A stretch of 63,838 nt of DNA, filler included, from Octopus bimaculoides (Eukaryota): NCBI RefSeq assembly GCF_001194135.2. It is 10 parts of 9 records of this genome, joined end to end, with 100 filler letters (N's around TTAATTAATTAA, not from the genome) between each part and the next. Parts side by side here need not be neighbours in the genome. Positions count along the whole stretch, not along the records: positions 12,274 to 23,282 come from NC_069006.1; positions 23,383 to 32,771 come from NC_069000.1; positions 32,872 to 35,836 come from NC_068994.1; 7 more parts are not named here. One strand, written 5' to 3'. Under the pieces are notes generated by a model. It worked only from the letters and a program-made list of their open reading frames with translations, was not told the origin of the DNA and did not search any database. A program made the position numbers and the translations under genes. How positions within the stretch are numbered: the first letter of the stretch is position 1; each line of letters begins with the position of its first letter. Of the stretch, positions 22,606 through 35,836 are shown piece after piece.

Positions 22606-23129
22606 TATACAATTTTATATACTTAAATTATTACAGTTTAAATTTACGTAGGTATTTTTGTAAAATTATAAAACGATTTAGCTCTGAAATAATCTGAAAA
22701 AAAAAAAAAAAGCATTTAACAAATGTTTACATTTTCTAAAAAAAAATTCATTTAACACGTATTGAAAAGTAGTAATTTTACCATGTGGAGAAGTGTACTT
22801 AGCCAGCTAGCTACCTAGCTACCTAGTTACCTACCTAGCTACCTACCTACTAATTGTCATATATCAACATTTTAGTTATCTTCACTCATCAGCTGTTTTA
22901 AACAAGGTTTCTAAAATGAAATACGATCAAATTTTTTCTTATCCATGAGCAATTTAGTATATATGTGTTAGAGATTATATGATTAATATAGAAAATTAGG
23001 GTATTTAATTGTGTGTTGTGTATGCGAGGAGCACGTGGGGGCCACATAACCCTAATTTTCATATTTTATTTAAAATACTATTTGAAATTCTGTGCATACC
23101 GTGGAATTAAGGTTCCTTTAAAATGGTTG

Positions 23130-23280
23130 TTTCCTTGTCTCCGTATTCTTTCTGTTGAAGAGCGTAGCTCGAAACGCCAAAGACTTTCCGTATTCCCGAG
23201 CGTCATACTAATATATACTTTTGTTATTTACACCACCTGTCCTCGTCTGTTGTTATTATTTGTATATTCTCCCATATATA
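23130..23280 (+). mobile_element. Penelope-type terminal-repeat remnant
   Basis: Contains TTGAAGAGCGTAGCTCGAAAC and ends in (TA)n. An inverted partial copy lies at about 45955-46045 (GGGAGAATATACAAAAAATAACAACAGACGAGGACAGGTGGTGTAAATAACAAAAGTATATATTAGTATGACGCTCGGGAATAC). Confidence 0.6.
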
Positions 23281-23382
23281 TANNNNNNNNNNNNNNNNNN
23301 NNNNNNNNNNNNNNNNNNNNNNNNNNTTAATTAATTAANNNNNNNNNNNNNNNNNNNNNNNNNNNNNNNNNNNNNNNNNNNN

Positions 23383-23675
23383 GCGGTAAGTAGCTCGTTT
23401 ACCAACCACATGGTTCAGGGTTCAGTCCAACTGCGTGGCACCTTGGGCAAGTGTATTCTATTATAGCTTCGGGCCGACCAAAGCCTTGTGAGTGGATTTG
23501 GTAGACGGAAACTGAAAGAAGCCTGTCGTATATATGTATATAGCGGTTCGGCAAAAGAGACCGATAGAATAAGTACTAGGCTTACAAAGAATAAGTCCTG
23601 GAGTCGATTTGCTCGACTAAAGGCGGTGCTCCAGTATGGCTGCAGTCAAATGACTGAAACAAGTAAAAGAGTAAA
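23383..23675 (+). mobile_element. SINE family A (CpG-intact, internal deletion)
   Basis: Family A head and tail sequence. Confidence 0.85.
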
Positions 23676-26111
23676 AGAGTATTGAAAATAACAAAACTAG
23701 ACGGCCCTGAGGAAATCCGACAGTTGACAAGATGCCTCCCCAAGCTGAAAGAAAAAATGTAGATCACTGAATTCCTGACCTGCTAGCACATAAATTAATT
23801 GTTAAAATTAGGTGTTAACGCAAGTTTTTCGTGAGTAACGGTGAGAGATAAGGGAGCTTGGACAATTCAGCCAGCTCCACCGAAACCTCTTTAAAACTGC
23901 TCGTGTATCGAGTACGAGACAACACAAAAAGTAACCGAGACATCTTTCATTCTTACTCGCTTTATTTTATTCATTTATTTAACTACTTATTTATTTATTT
24001 ATTTATTTAATTATTCATTTATTCGGGATCTTTATTTCTGCTTCAGCCAATTAAAATAACCATACATAACTGCTGGATCTTTGAAATCTAACCTCAGTTT
24101 AGTGTTTTTCCCCCAACACATCATACCTTGTCTCGACGGGCAGGTGATTAAAATCCAAAAGCATGCGAAGTAAAAAAGTTAATTTTAGCCTGTGTGTTCT
24201 TATTGCAGTAGTAAACCATAGAGAGAGATATGATAAAGTGCAGAGAAGAGAAAGTGAGTTAGTGAAAGTGAGAGTGAGAGTGTGGGACGAAACAACTGCT
24301 TTGTTGGCGAGAAATCATAGTTGTTCTCTTTGCCCTTTTCCTTTTGCGACGGCGTTTTGTTTAACCTGTCAGCCAGACTCCGTTCTCACTGAGTTGTCAC
24401 CAAGTGACCAACTGATTTTTGCTTGCGGGTTCTTGCTTTTATAACTATCCAGAAGGATAGACATATCGTTGAGAACAATGGATTTAGTTGTTGGTACTGT
24501 GATATCTTAATTCTAGCTTTTGGTGGTCTATAAGGGTCAAGTGGTGAAGACATTATTTCGGCCTAGCTAAAGGCATCTGGCAAATGTAAAACTGCTGTCA
24601 GAGAAAAACTATTGTTCCACCGTGAGAAAAGTTCTGTTGAACTGTTACTTGAAATTTGGCTATGGTGGATCGAATCCACTTCATGCCTGCAAGATCCACT
24701 ANNNNNNNNNNNNNNNNNNNNNNNNNNNNNNNNNNNNNNNNNNNNNNNNNNNNNNNNNNNNNNNNNNNNNNNNNNNNNNNNNNNNNNNNNNNNNNNNNNN
24801 NNNNNNNNNNNNNNNNNNNNNNNNNNNNNNNNNNNNNNNNNNNNNNNNNNNNNNNNNNNNNNNNNNNNNNNNNNNNNNNNNNNNNNNNNNNNNNNNNNNN
24901 NNNNNNNNNNNNNNNNNNNNNNNNNNNNNNNNNNNNNNNNNNNNNNNNNNNNNNNNNNNNNNNNNNNNNNNNNNNNNNNNNNNNNNNNNNNNNNNNNNNN
25001 NNNNNNNNNNNNNNNNNNNNNNNNNNNNNNNNNNNNNNNNNNNNNNNNNNNNNNNNNNNNNNNNNNNNNNNNNNNNNNNNNNNNNNNNNNNNNNNNNNNN
25101 NNNNNNNNNNNNNNNNNNNNNNNNNNNNNNNNNNNNNNNNNNNNNNNNNNNNNNNNNNNNNNNNNNNNNNNNNNNNNNNNNNNNNNNNNNNNNNNNNNNN
25201 NNNNNNNNNNNNNNNNNNNNNNNNNNNNNNNNNNNNNNNNNNNNNNNNNNNNNNNNNNNNNNNNNNNNNNNNNNNNNNNNNNNNNNNNACATGTATGTAT
25301 GTATGTATGTATGTATATACGCATGTATGTAAATTCACGAAACACCAATATTCTTCGAGCTAAGTCCACAGAGCTAAAAGCACTGCCCTGTCACTCTCAA
25401 CTTCAGAAATACGGAAATACATTGAACCGTTGATTGACCCATTGGAAGCCTATAACCAACAACACAAATTGCTATAACAAACATAAAATAATACAATAAC
25501 TATATTAGCAAGAAGCTGGTTCTTACTAAATTACTGCTGACTAGACGTTCCCCAGTGCTTAAACGTCAGACCCACCTATCACTTTGTAAGCCTAGTACTT
25601 ATTCCTGCATATTGCTTGTATTTTTCGGTTGAGTTGTTATTGCCGCCAACGCCACCACCAACGCCACCGCCACTGACTGCTACTTAGGGTTCTGTTGTTG
25701 GTGCTGCTCTGATGTTACTAAATCTGTTTTCAATTAGGAGAACGTAATCCGAGTTGAGATACATTTTGCTTCAAAGCCGATGGCTAAAAAAACCTGATTG
25801 TTGCGGAAACAACTGCTTAAACTGTAAATTGCACTGACCTGTTTTTCTTATAGCAGGCAGATATAACTGAAAGCTAAGATTTATTTCTGTACGAGCGGGA
25901 AGACTTTTAACAGCTGCAAACGAAATATTTTATGATATTTTATGCAGGTATTCCAGAAAGAGATTTTGAGGAACGATGTAGCGGGGCGGGAATATATCAA
26001 AACTGTGAAGATCATAGCAATCTTTATAGCACGTTATGTCGGCAAGCTGACATTATCGTCAGCACACCAGACAAAATGCTTTGCTGGTCTTGTGCCCCAC
26101 CCACCAAATTT

Positions 26112-26180
<69 letters not shown>

Positions 26181-26273
26181 AGATTCGACCTGAGACAGAC
26201 GAGCTAGGTTCCTGTAACGAGCCTACGAAACTTGAGGCCGAATCACACTGTTTTAGATAATAACAACAGCAAC

Positions 26274-26330
<57 letters not shown>

Positions 26331-26334
26331 CTTT

Positions 26335-26448
26335 TCAACTAAAGGCACGAGGCCTGAAATTTGGTGGGTGAGGAACAATCGATTAAATAGACCCCACCGT
26401 TTCACTGGTACTTAATTTATCTACTCAAGAAGGATGAAAGGCAAAGTG
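26335..26448 (-). mobile_element. SINE family C fragment
   Basis: Minus strand reads CTTTGCCTTTCATCCTT...GATAAATTAAGTACCAGTG...GGGGTCTATTTAATCGATT. Related pieces lie at about 28480-28570, 36800-36990, 47590-47685 and 51015-51200. Confidence 0.7.
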
Positions 26449-26775
26449 AGTGAGTGAGTGAGTGAATGAGTGAGTGAGTAAGTGAGTGAATGAGTGAGTG
26501 AACGTGTGTGGACGTGAGTGAACGGCCGCTGTCAAATGGCTTAAACAAGTAAAAGAATATACATGTCTACGTGAAACCAACGGTAGCAGATTCAAGTCAG
26601 AAAATATGAATTATATATATATATATATATATATATATGGGAAACGTGCGTACTGCAATCACCTTTGAAATCCGTGTTGCTTACTTTTTGATTTTGTTCA
26701 CCTATCCTTTTGGGATACGATATTTGGGTGCCTACGCATAAGTACCATATTCAACCTTGAATCTATATCTAAACC

Positions 26776-26832
<57 letters not shown>

Positions 26833-27201
26833 TTTGGAAATGGATGCGTGGCGTTCAATTATATAATAATAATAAATAACATATATGTGTGTGTATGTGT
26901 TTATGTGCGTGTGTATGTGTGTGTGCATATATGGGTACAGGACGTCACCAAATGTGTAAACAGCATGAAATACATAAACAACGAGAGGAGAAAAATGGAA
27001 AACAGCACAAGTAAACACAGAGAAACAGTCCTTCATCAGTTGCCGGCTGTTTATCCACTCCTCATTTCGAGCATTCAACGACAGTATGAGTTTTCAAAGA
27101 CAGTTGCTCCCATAAATTCTAAAATACAATTTAGGATTTATGGAGGGTCAAATTTGAGAACAAAAACAGGACAGTGGAGACACACGTATATAAATACACA
27201 C

Positions 27202-27255
<54 letters not shown>

Positions 27256-27333
27256 NNNNNNNNNNNNNNNNNNNNNNNNNNNNNNNNNNNNNNNNNNNNN
27301 NNNNNNNNNNNNNNGTGTGTGTGGTGTGTGTGG

Positions 27334-27373
<40 letters not shown>

Positions 27374-27508
27374 TGTGTGTGTGTGTGTGTGTAAACCCAT
27401 GTTCGATTGGATATGTGTGTATTTGTTTACGTGTGTGTGTGTATACTTGTGTATGTCCACGTGTACTTTTGTCCCCTTCACTCTTCATTAGTACTACCAC
27501 TACCACTT

Positions 27509-27551
<43 letters not shown>

Positions 27552-28678
27552 ATTCCTTCCATTTACTTTCCCACTTTCTGCCATTTGTAATTCCACTGTA
27601 TTGTCTTTATCATAGCTAAATCTCTTTCCCCTACCCCTTCACACTCACTCACTCACTCTCCCCTATCTCTTTTATACACATATAAAGTTATAGTGGCAAG
27701 TTAACATACATGACACGTGCTGCTCCCCCCTCTCTCTCTCTTCTCTCTCTCTCCCCCCCTCTCTCTCTCTCTCTCTCTCTCNNNNNNNNNNNNNNNNNNN
27801 NNNNNNNNNNNNNNNNNNNNNNNNNNNNNNNNNNNNNNNNNNNNNNNNNNNNNNNNNNNNNNNNNNNNNNNNNNNNNNNNNNNNNNNNNNNNNNNNNNNN
27901 NNNNNNNNNNNNNNNNNNNNNNNNNNNNNNNNNNNNNNNNNNNNNNNNNNNNNNNNNNNNNNNNNNNNNNNNNNNNNNNNNNNNNNNNNNNNNNNNNNNN
28001 NNNNNNNNNNNNNNNNNNNNNNNNNNNNNNNNNNNNNNNNNNNNNNNNNNNNNNNNNNNNNNNNNNNNNNNNNNNNNNNNNNNNNNNNNNNNNNNNNNNN
28101 NNNNNNNNNNNNNNNNNNNNNNNNNNNNNNNNNNNNNNNNNNNNNNNNNNNNNNNNNNNNNNNNNNNNNNNNNNNNNNNNATATATATATATATAGCAAT
28201 GTTAAATCTCTGAACGAGGTATTAACAGTAACTGCTCGATAAAGTAAAGTATATTTGCCACTTAAATGTGCCAGCCGGAGGAGATGTTCTCCTGGGACTA
28301 AAAGCAACAGTAACATCCACCCCTAGGGGTCAGCCACATTTAAGTGGCAAATATACTTCACTATACTTATTCTTTAATTCTTTTACTTGTTTCAGTCGTT
28401 TGACTGGAGTCATGCTGGAGCACCGCCTTTGGAAGCCTCGTACTTATTCTATCGGTCTATTTTTGTTTGTCTCTATGTTCTGTTATAATGGTTTCAAATT
28501 TTGGCACAAGGCCAGCAATTTCTGAGGAAGGATAAGTAGATTACGTCGGCCTCTAGTGCTCAGCTGGTACGATTCTGTTAGCTCGCCGCCTTATGTTCAG
28601 TTGTGATAAAAACAGTTTTGTATTTATCTGATGGGTTTAACCTATATTTTTGTAGAGTACAAATCTATTATTATAAAA

Positions 28679-28997
28679 CAGAGGTCCTCAAATTTTGGGG
28701 GTCACCGACCTGCTCATGGGCACATAATACCCTCAGCGCCCCCACCACTATTTTTTGTATAAATAAATATTTTATATTTTACTAATTCATATGTACTATG
28801 AATCATTTGATATTTAATATGTTATATAATTTGTATACAATACAATGATAATACTATAATAAATCTATGTCCCCCAAATCACTGCCAACGCCTCCTTTTT
28901 CTCTACCGCCCCTCTGCACCACCCCTAACACACTAGCGCACATTGAGACCCTCTCAACACCAACTAGGGGCGGCAGCGTCCACTTTGGGAACCTATG
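28679..28997. mobile_element. hAT-type MITE (319 bp) with 8-bp target-site duplication
   Basis: TTATAAAA|CAGAGGTCCTCAAA ... TTTGGGAACCTATG|TTATAAAA. The TIRs match at 11/14 and the 8-bp TSD is exact (28671-28678, 28998-29005). Confidence 0.88.
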
Positions 28998-29584
28998 TTA
29001 TAAAACAAGGAAATTATCGACACTGATGTCGAAGTTTCGACTTTTTCTATCCATAGGGTTTTTTCAACCCATTATTCACACACTATCATTTATAGCTTTA
29101 TCTGCTTCTACTTTCACCGTTCCCATAAAAGGATTTTTTCACGCTCTCTAGAAGTTTCTAAATTCTTCCGATGTGTATATATATATATATATACATATAT
29201 AGGTGCAGGAGTAGCTATATATATGTGTGTGTGCGCATGCACTATATAAGAAGCTTGCTTCCAAACCACATGGTTCCGGGTTCAGTCCCACTGCGTGACA
29301 CCTTGAGCAAGTGTCATCTACTATAGCCTCGGGCCGACCAAAACCTTATGAGTGGATTTGGTAGACGGAAACTGAAAGAAGCCCGTCGTATATGTGTGTT
29401 AGTGCGCGTGTGCGCACGCCTCTGTGTTTGTCCCCACCCCCATCGCTTGGCCGCAGTCAAATGACTGAAACGAATAAAAGAAAAAAAGAATATATATACA
29501 TATATATACATATATATACATATATATACATATATATATACTGTGAGAAAGATATGCATGTATGTATCATATATATATGTATGT

Positions 29585-29905
29585 TTGTTCTCTTTCTGAT
29601 TTCGTGTAAATTTTAACCGGCCGTCTATTTGGTAGCACGGTTACGAAAGGAAGTATCTTGCTTTAGCCATTTTCCTTTAAATCTTAAGAAGGTCTTGCTG
29701 AGTTTTATAGCTTCAGATATCGTGACCATTTGTAGCGTATGAATTAAGGATTTACATCCTCTCCCCAAAATCCCAAGTTCAACCATACAGGTTGGTAGGG
29801 ATCCAGACAGGTTGGTAGGGATCCTATTGCTCCAATAATAATAGGTACGAAGCTGAAAGTGTATCTTGGGTACTGGAATTGCAAACTCCATATCAATGGT
29901 CCATA
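29585..29905 (-). mobile_element. R4/Dong-type LINE 3' end
   Basis: LQFQYPRYTFSFVPIIIGAIG...KSLIHTLQMVTISEAIKLSKTFLRF, homologous to the C-terminus of the 30065-30953 copy. Confidence 0.75.
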
Positions 29906-30064
29906 GATGTACTCGTATGTATGTATTCTTCTAACCACATTCGTGTATGTATGTATGTACGTATGTATAGAGAAAGAGCCGGTTTCTGTCTGTCTATCTA
30001 TTTTTCTGTCTGTCTATCTATTTTTCTATCTGTCTATCTGTCTATATGTATGTATGTATGTATG

Positions 30065-30953
30065 TTATCAATCAGTTTCATTTCTGTATTTCTTGTCCAT
30101 AGAGAAAGAGCCGGACTCTAACATAGATTCAAGGTTCCTTCATTGGAACTTTTATCAACATCATCTAGGTATTTGTGCATATGTGTGTGTGTGTGTGTGC
30201 AGTATTTGGTGTTAGTGTATGCGCAGATTTGTATGTTTGTTTTATGGATGCGTTTTTATGTATATATTTTCCTGTCTAGATGCATGCATATGTATTTATG
30301 TGCTAAATTTTTGGAAAGTTTTACATATCTTTACAGTTCCATNNNNNNNNNNNNNNNNNNNNNNNNNNNNNNNNNNNNNNNNNNNNNNNNNNNNNNNNNN
30401 NNNNNNNNNNNNNNNNNNNNNNNNNNNNNNNNNNNNNNNNNNNNNNNNNNNNNNNNNNNNNNNNNNNNNNNNNNNNNNNNNNNNNNNNNNNNNNNNNNNN
30501 NNNNNNNNNNNNNNNNNNNNNNNAGTTCCATTGATGGCTTGAATCTGTAGTCTTCTAATCAGCCTTTTTCTTTCAGGTTTTGAGAACCCTAATTTTTCCA
30601 GGTTTTTGTTGAGGCAGTTCGTTACATATCCCAATGCCCTAACAATCACGGGTATGAATCTGAACTTGTAGTCTGGGTGGAGTATCTGCAAATTTCTCAG
30701 TAGCTCGGCGTGGTTGTTCTCTTTTTCTCTAATCTTTAGCGTGATGTTGACATCCGCAGGACAGCTGATTTCTACTACTGTACACAGTTTCTCTTCTCTG
30801 TCCCAGATTACTATATCCGGTCTATTATGTCTGCATTTTATTGAGGTTTTTATTGGGACATTCCACCAATACTCTTTCATATTGTGAGTGGTAATGGCCT
30901 CTACCTCATTATGGGTTTTCATCTCCTTAGCCCCGGGGTTATCCTATCGGCGG
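30065..30953 (-). mobile_element. R4/Dong-type LINE, 5'-truncated, restriction-like endonuclease domain
   Basis: ORF 30296-30922 has NRPDIVIWD...VEISCPADVNI...KE...FIPVIVRALG (PD..D/E-x-K REL domain of R4-clade LINEs). It is flanked on both sides by (ATGT)n (30046-30064 and 30954-31017). Confidence 0.88.
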
Positions 30954-31329
30954 ATGTATGTATGTATGTATGTATGTATGTATGTATGTATGCATGTATG
31001 TATGTATGCATGTATGTCATTATTCAGTTTATTTCAAGATTTCTTGCCAATAGAGAAAGAGCCGGTTTCTATCTGTCTATCTATTTTTCTGTCTTTCTAT
31101 CTGTCTATATGTATGTATGTATGTATGTACGTACGTACGTACACATATCGAGAAATTATACCGCAATGTAAACATACGCTAAGCTTGCTCTCAATATTAT
31201 GCTCATATGAGACTATAGTGCGATGTAATCACACGTGAAGCTAGCTGCACCTTATCTCTGATATATACTTAGTAGCAACAGTAAATACATGAAACAAGCT
31301 GCTCGCACTCCCCATCCTCCACTTCCCAC

Positions 31330-31385
<56 letters not shown>

Positions 31386-32376
31386 CATTTTTCATTTTAT
31401 CTAGTTTCAGCTAATGAGCTGTGGCCATGCTGGNNNNNNNNNNNNNNNNNNNNNNNNNNNNNNNNNNNNNNNNNNNNNNNNNNNNNNNNNNNNNNNNNNN
31501 NNNNNNNNNNNNNNNNNNNNNNNNNNNNNNNNNNNNNNNNNNNNNNNNNNNNNNNNNNNNNNNNNNNNNNNNNNNNNNNNNNNNNNNNNNNNNNNNNNNN
31601 NNNNNNNNNNNNNNNNNNNNNNNNNNNNNNNNNNNNNNNNNNNNNNNNNNNNNNNNNNNNNNNNNNNNNNNNNNNNNNNNNNNNNNNNNNNNNNNNNNNN
31701 NNNNNNNNNNNNNNNNNNNNNNNNNNNNNNNNNNNNNNNNNNNNNNNNNNNNNNNNNNNNNNNNNNNNNNNNNNNNNNNNNNNNNNNNNNNNNNNNNNNN
31801 NNNNNNNNNNNNNNNNNNNNNNNNNNNNNNNNNNNNNNNNNNNNNNNNNNNNNNNNNNNNNNNNNNNNNNNNNNNNNNNNNNNNNNNNNNNNNNNNNNNN
31901 NNNNNNNNNNNNNNNNNNNNNNNNNNNNNNNNNNNNNNNNNNNNNNNNNNNNNNNNNNNNNNNNNNNNNNNNNNNNNNNNNNNNNNNNNNNNNNNNNNNN
32001 NNNNNNNNNNNNNNNNNNNNNNNNNNNNNNNNNNNNNNNNNNNNNNNNNNNNNNNNNNNNNNNNNNNNNNNNNNNNNNNNNNNNNNNNNNNNNNNNNNNN
32101 NNNNNNNNNNNNNNNNNNNNNNNNNNNNNNNNNNNNNNNNNNNNNNNNNNNNNNNNNNNTTTGTCACCATAAATTCTGCAATTAAGGTCTACAATATCGA
32201 ATATGTCTCTTCGTTTTCTTTTTTTTTCTTTTTTCCAAAGACAGCTGGATGTGATTTACGTGAGATTTTGTTGGCATTTCTAACACGTCTAGTGACCACG
32301 TAGAGGTTTGAACATGCGTGTGTTTGTATGCGTGTATGCGCTTACAAACGTGTGTGTATTCATACACACACACACA

Positions 32377-32419
<43 letters not shown>

Positions 32420-32689
32420 AAATACATACACATATACACACGAGTGAGCAGCGGCGACATGTGTATATGTGTATTTATTTGATCGCTCACTCACAGGTTT
32501 TTGTGCAATAAGTTAAAGTTGAAGCACTTCACGAAACCTTGGTACTTATGCACTGCAACGATGACAGACATTCATTAGACATAGTATTTAACAGTTATAC
32601 TGAGGCGTATGTATGAAGTAAAGGGGCTTCTACTAGGAGTCACATATATAGGTGTTAGATATATCATATAATATATATTATAAATATTC

Positions 32690-32747
<58 letters not shown>

Positions 32748-33414
32748 CATCTATCAACCTATATATGTGACNNNNNNNNNNNNNNNNNNNNNNNNNNNNN
32801 NNNNNNNNNNNNNNNTTAATTAATTAANNNNNNNNNNNNNNNNNNNNNNNNNNNNNNNNNNNNNNNNNNNNATATATATATATATATATATATACATACA
32901 TACATACACTAATCATTTTACCTGAGGAGAGGGACAATCAATTTGCATATTCTACGATAATGCGATAAAATGTATTCCTTTCTTTTCTCGAGGAGTATTG
33001 AAATTTTTCGTTCTTTGACAAATTTAAGTGTTGACGCTACAGAATCAAGCGAATTCTCACGGTACCTATAAAATCTCTAATGCGTCATCTGGCGTCAAAC
33101 TAATAGAAATAGGTACGCTACAACATTACAATATGCTGTAAAATTCTAAGACTTGATATGCGTATGGATCTCTTTCCTCGGGGCTCTATGAAATCGCATG
33201 TCCGCTAAACAAGGATGCGACTATGTAAAGTTTACGTGAACGTACAACAAATATTGCAGAGATCTTAAAACTGCAAATGCTCCCGGAAGTGTTTTCTAAG
33301 TGCAGGTGAATGACTTGTTCTTTGTAGGTGTACGCTGAGACGGCCATATTGGACCCAACTCTTGAAACTTGAAACAGAGTTACTAATCATGATCTCTACA
33401 ATAAATTCGTATGC

Positions 33415-33464
<50 letters not shown>

Positions 33465-34380
33465 NNNNNNNNNNNNNNNNNNNNNNNNNNNNNNNNNNNN
33501 NNNNNNNNNNNNNNNNNNNNNNNNNNNNNNNNNNNNNNNNNNNNNNNNNNNNNNNNNNNNNNNNNNNNNNNNNNNNNNNNNNNNNNNNNNNNNNNNNNNN
33601 NNNNNNNNNNNNNNNNNNNNNNNNNNNNNNNNNNNNNNNNNNNNNNNNNNNNNNNNNNNNNNNNNNNNNNNNNNNNNNNNNNNNNNNNNNNNNNNNNNNN
33701 NNNNNNNNNNNNNNNNNNNNNNNNNNNNNNNNNNNNNNNNNNNNNNNNNNNNNNNNNNNNNNNNNNNNNNNNNNNNNNNNNNNNNNNNNNNNNNNNNNNN
33801 NNNNNNNNNNNNNNNNNNNNNNNNNNNNNNNNNNNNNNNNNNNNNNNNNNNNNNNNNNNNNNNNNNNNNNNNNNNNNNNNNNNNNNNNNNNNNNNNNNNN
33901 NNNNNNNNNNNNNNNNNNNNNNNNNNNNNNNNNNNNNNNNNNNNNNNNNNNNNNNNNNNNNNNNNNNNNNNNNNNNNNNNNNNNNNNNNNNNNNNNNNNN
34001 NNNNNNNNNNNNNNNNNNNNNNNNNNNNNNNNNNNNNNNNNNNNNNNNNNNNNNNNNNNNNNNNNNNNNNNNNNNNNNNNNNNNNNNNNNNNNNNNNNNN
34101 NNNNNNNNNNNNNNNNNNNNNNNNNNNNNNNNNNNNNNNNNNNNNNNNNNNNNNNNNNNNNNNNNNNNNNNNNNNNNNNNNNNNNNNNNNTTTTATATAT
34201 ATATATATATATATATATTGTACAAAATTATCGTTTCAAGCTTGAATATCGGAAATTCGTGAGATAATACAAAGACGGAGTAAGATGCAGCCTGATCTTT
34301 TTGTTGCTTTATTTATCTATTTATTTATTTATTTTATTTATTTATTTATTTATGTATTTTGGTTTGGTTTTCAAGATACT

Positions 34381-34506
34381 GAAGAAGAAGAAGAAGAAGA
34401 AGAAGAAGAAGAAGAAGAAGAAGAAGAAGAAGAAGAAGAAGAAGAAGAAGAAGAAGAAGAAGAAGAAGAAGAAGAAGAAGAAGAAGAAGAAGAAGAAGAA
34501 GAAGAA
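34381..34506 (+). repeat. Pure (GAA)42 tract followed by (GGA)n
   Basis: 126 nt of uninterrupted GAA. It explains the poly-E, poly-K and poly-F ORFs. Confidence 0.97.
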
Positions 34507-35143
34507 GGAGGAGGAGGAGTAGGAGGAGGAGGAGGAGAAGAATAAGAAGAAGAAGATATGTAACAGATTACATTCTATGAAGAAACCTGAAAGTAGTTCA
34601 TGACAATGTCTATTGGTGCTACAATAAAAGTAAATGTTATGAATGTATGTCTGCGAGGAAAAATACATGTAAAGACACATCCTAACTTTTTTATTATTAA
34701 TTACTGCGAAAAAACTGAATGTGACAATCATCATTTGCATGCAAAGCTACGTCAGAATAGAATATTTGAAAGAATTCTGTCTCGAAAAGCCTGAGAGACC
34801 TACATGGGGTGGATCTAGGTGTCTTCAAATCAGAACTGGATCTCTTCTTCTCAAAAGTTCCTGATGAACGCACCACACGGTAGGGAGCGCAGATGAGGGC
34901 AGCAGCATGAAACTCCCTCATTCACCAAATGCTGCACATAGCAGAGGAAGGTTCACGTAGCAAAGGTAATGGCGGTGCTCCAGAATGGCCGCAGTTCTTT
35001 GGCTGAAAGTAATAAAAGAAAGAAAAGCATGAGGCAAACCATGAAGATATACTCAAACTCACACACAAACTCACACACAAACTCACACACACACACATGC
35101 ACACACAAATGTATATATATATATATGTATACATATAGGTGTG

Positions 35144-35190
<47 letters not shown>

Positions 35191-35376
35191 ATACATATGC
35201 ATACACACACGTGTGGGGGGTGTACTTCCACGCTGTTCCTGTCTGCCAAATTCGGTCACAAGTTATCGGTCAACCCGGTGCTATCGTAAAAGAACACTTT
35301 TTCAAGATGTTGCGTGGACACGGAATTTGAAACCACCTCGTTGAAAAAGAACTTCTCTTAAACACACATCCATATA

Positions 35377-35408
<32 letters not shown>

Positions 35409-35776
35409 GCACATATTTTCAAGTGCATATAATATATCGTGGTTAAGTCTATATTTCAATATATCCTCACTCTAGACCTAAATTTATTTTCATATTTATT
35501 GAGCTCTTCGCTAACATACTTAACACAACAAAATATTTTCGTTATGCTTAAACAATAACTATTTCTGTTATTAATATGCCAGCCCACCTATTTATGATAA
35601 TGATATAACAGACCAGTTGAATTTAAATATGATTTTTTATGATTAATTTCTGCTGCTCGAGCATTTTTATGACTTATGACAGACAGTAAAGACGTAAAAT
35701 ATTTATCGATATATAGGCCACATTTGTATTTTTCCGGTTTTCAATTTTGACTTACTCGGTGTTTGTACATGCATGT

Positions 35777-35836
<60 letters not shown>

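Noticed and set aside
34285-34545. Poly-Glu, poly-Lys and poly-Phe ORFs
   Set aside because: These are translations of a (GAA)42 microsatellite with no gene structure.
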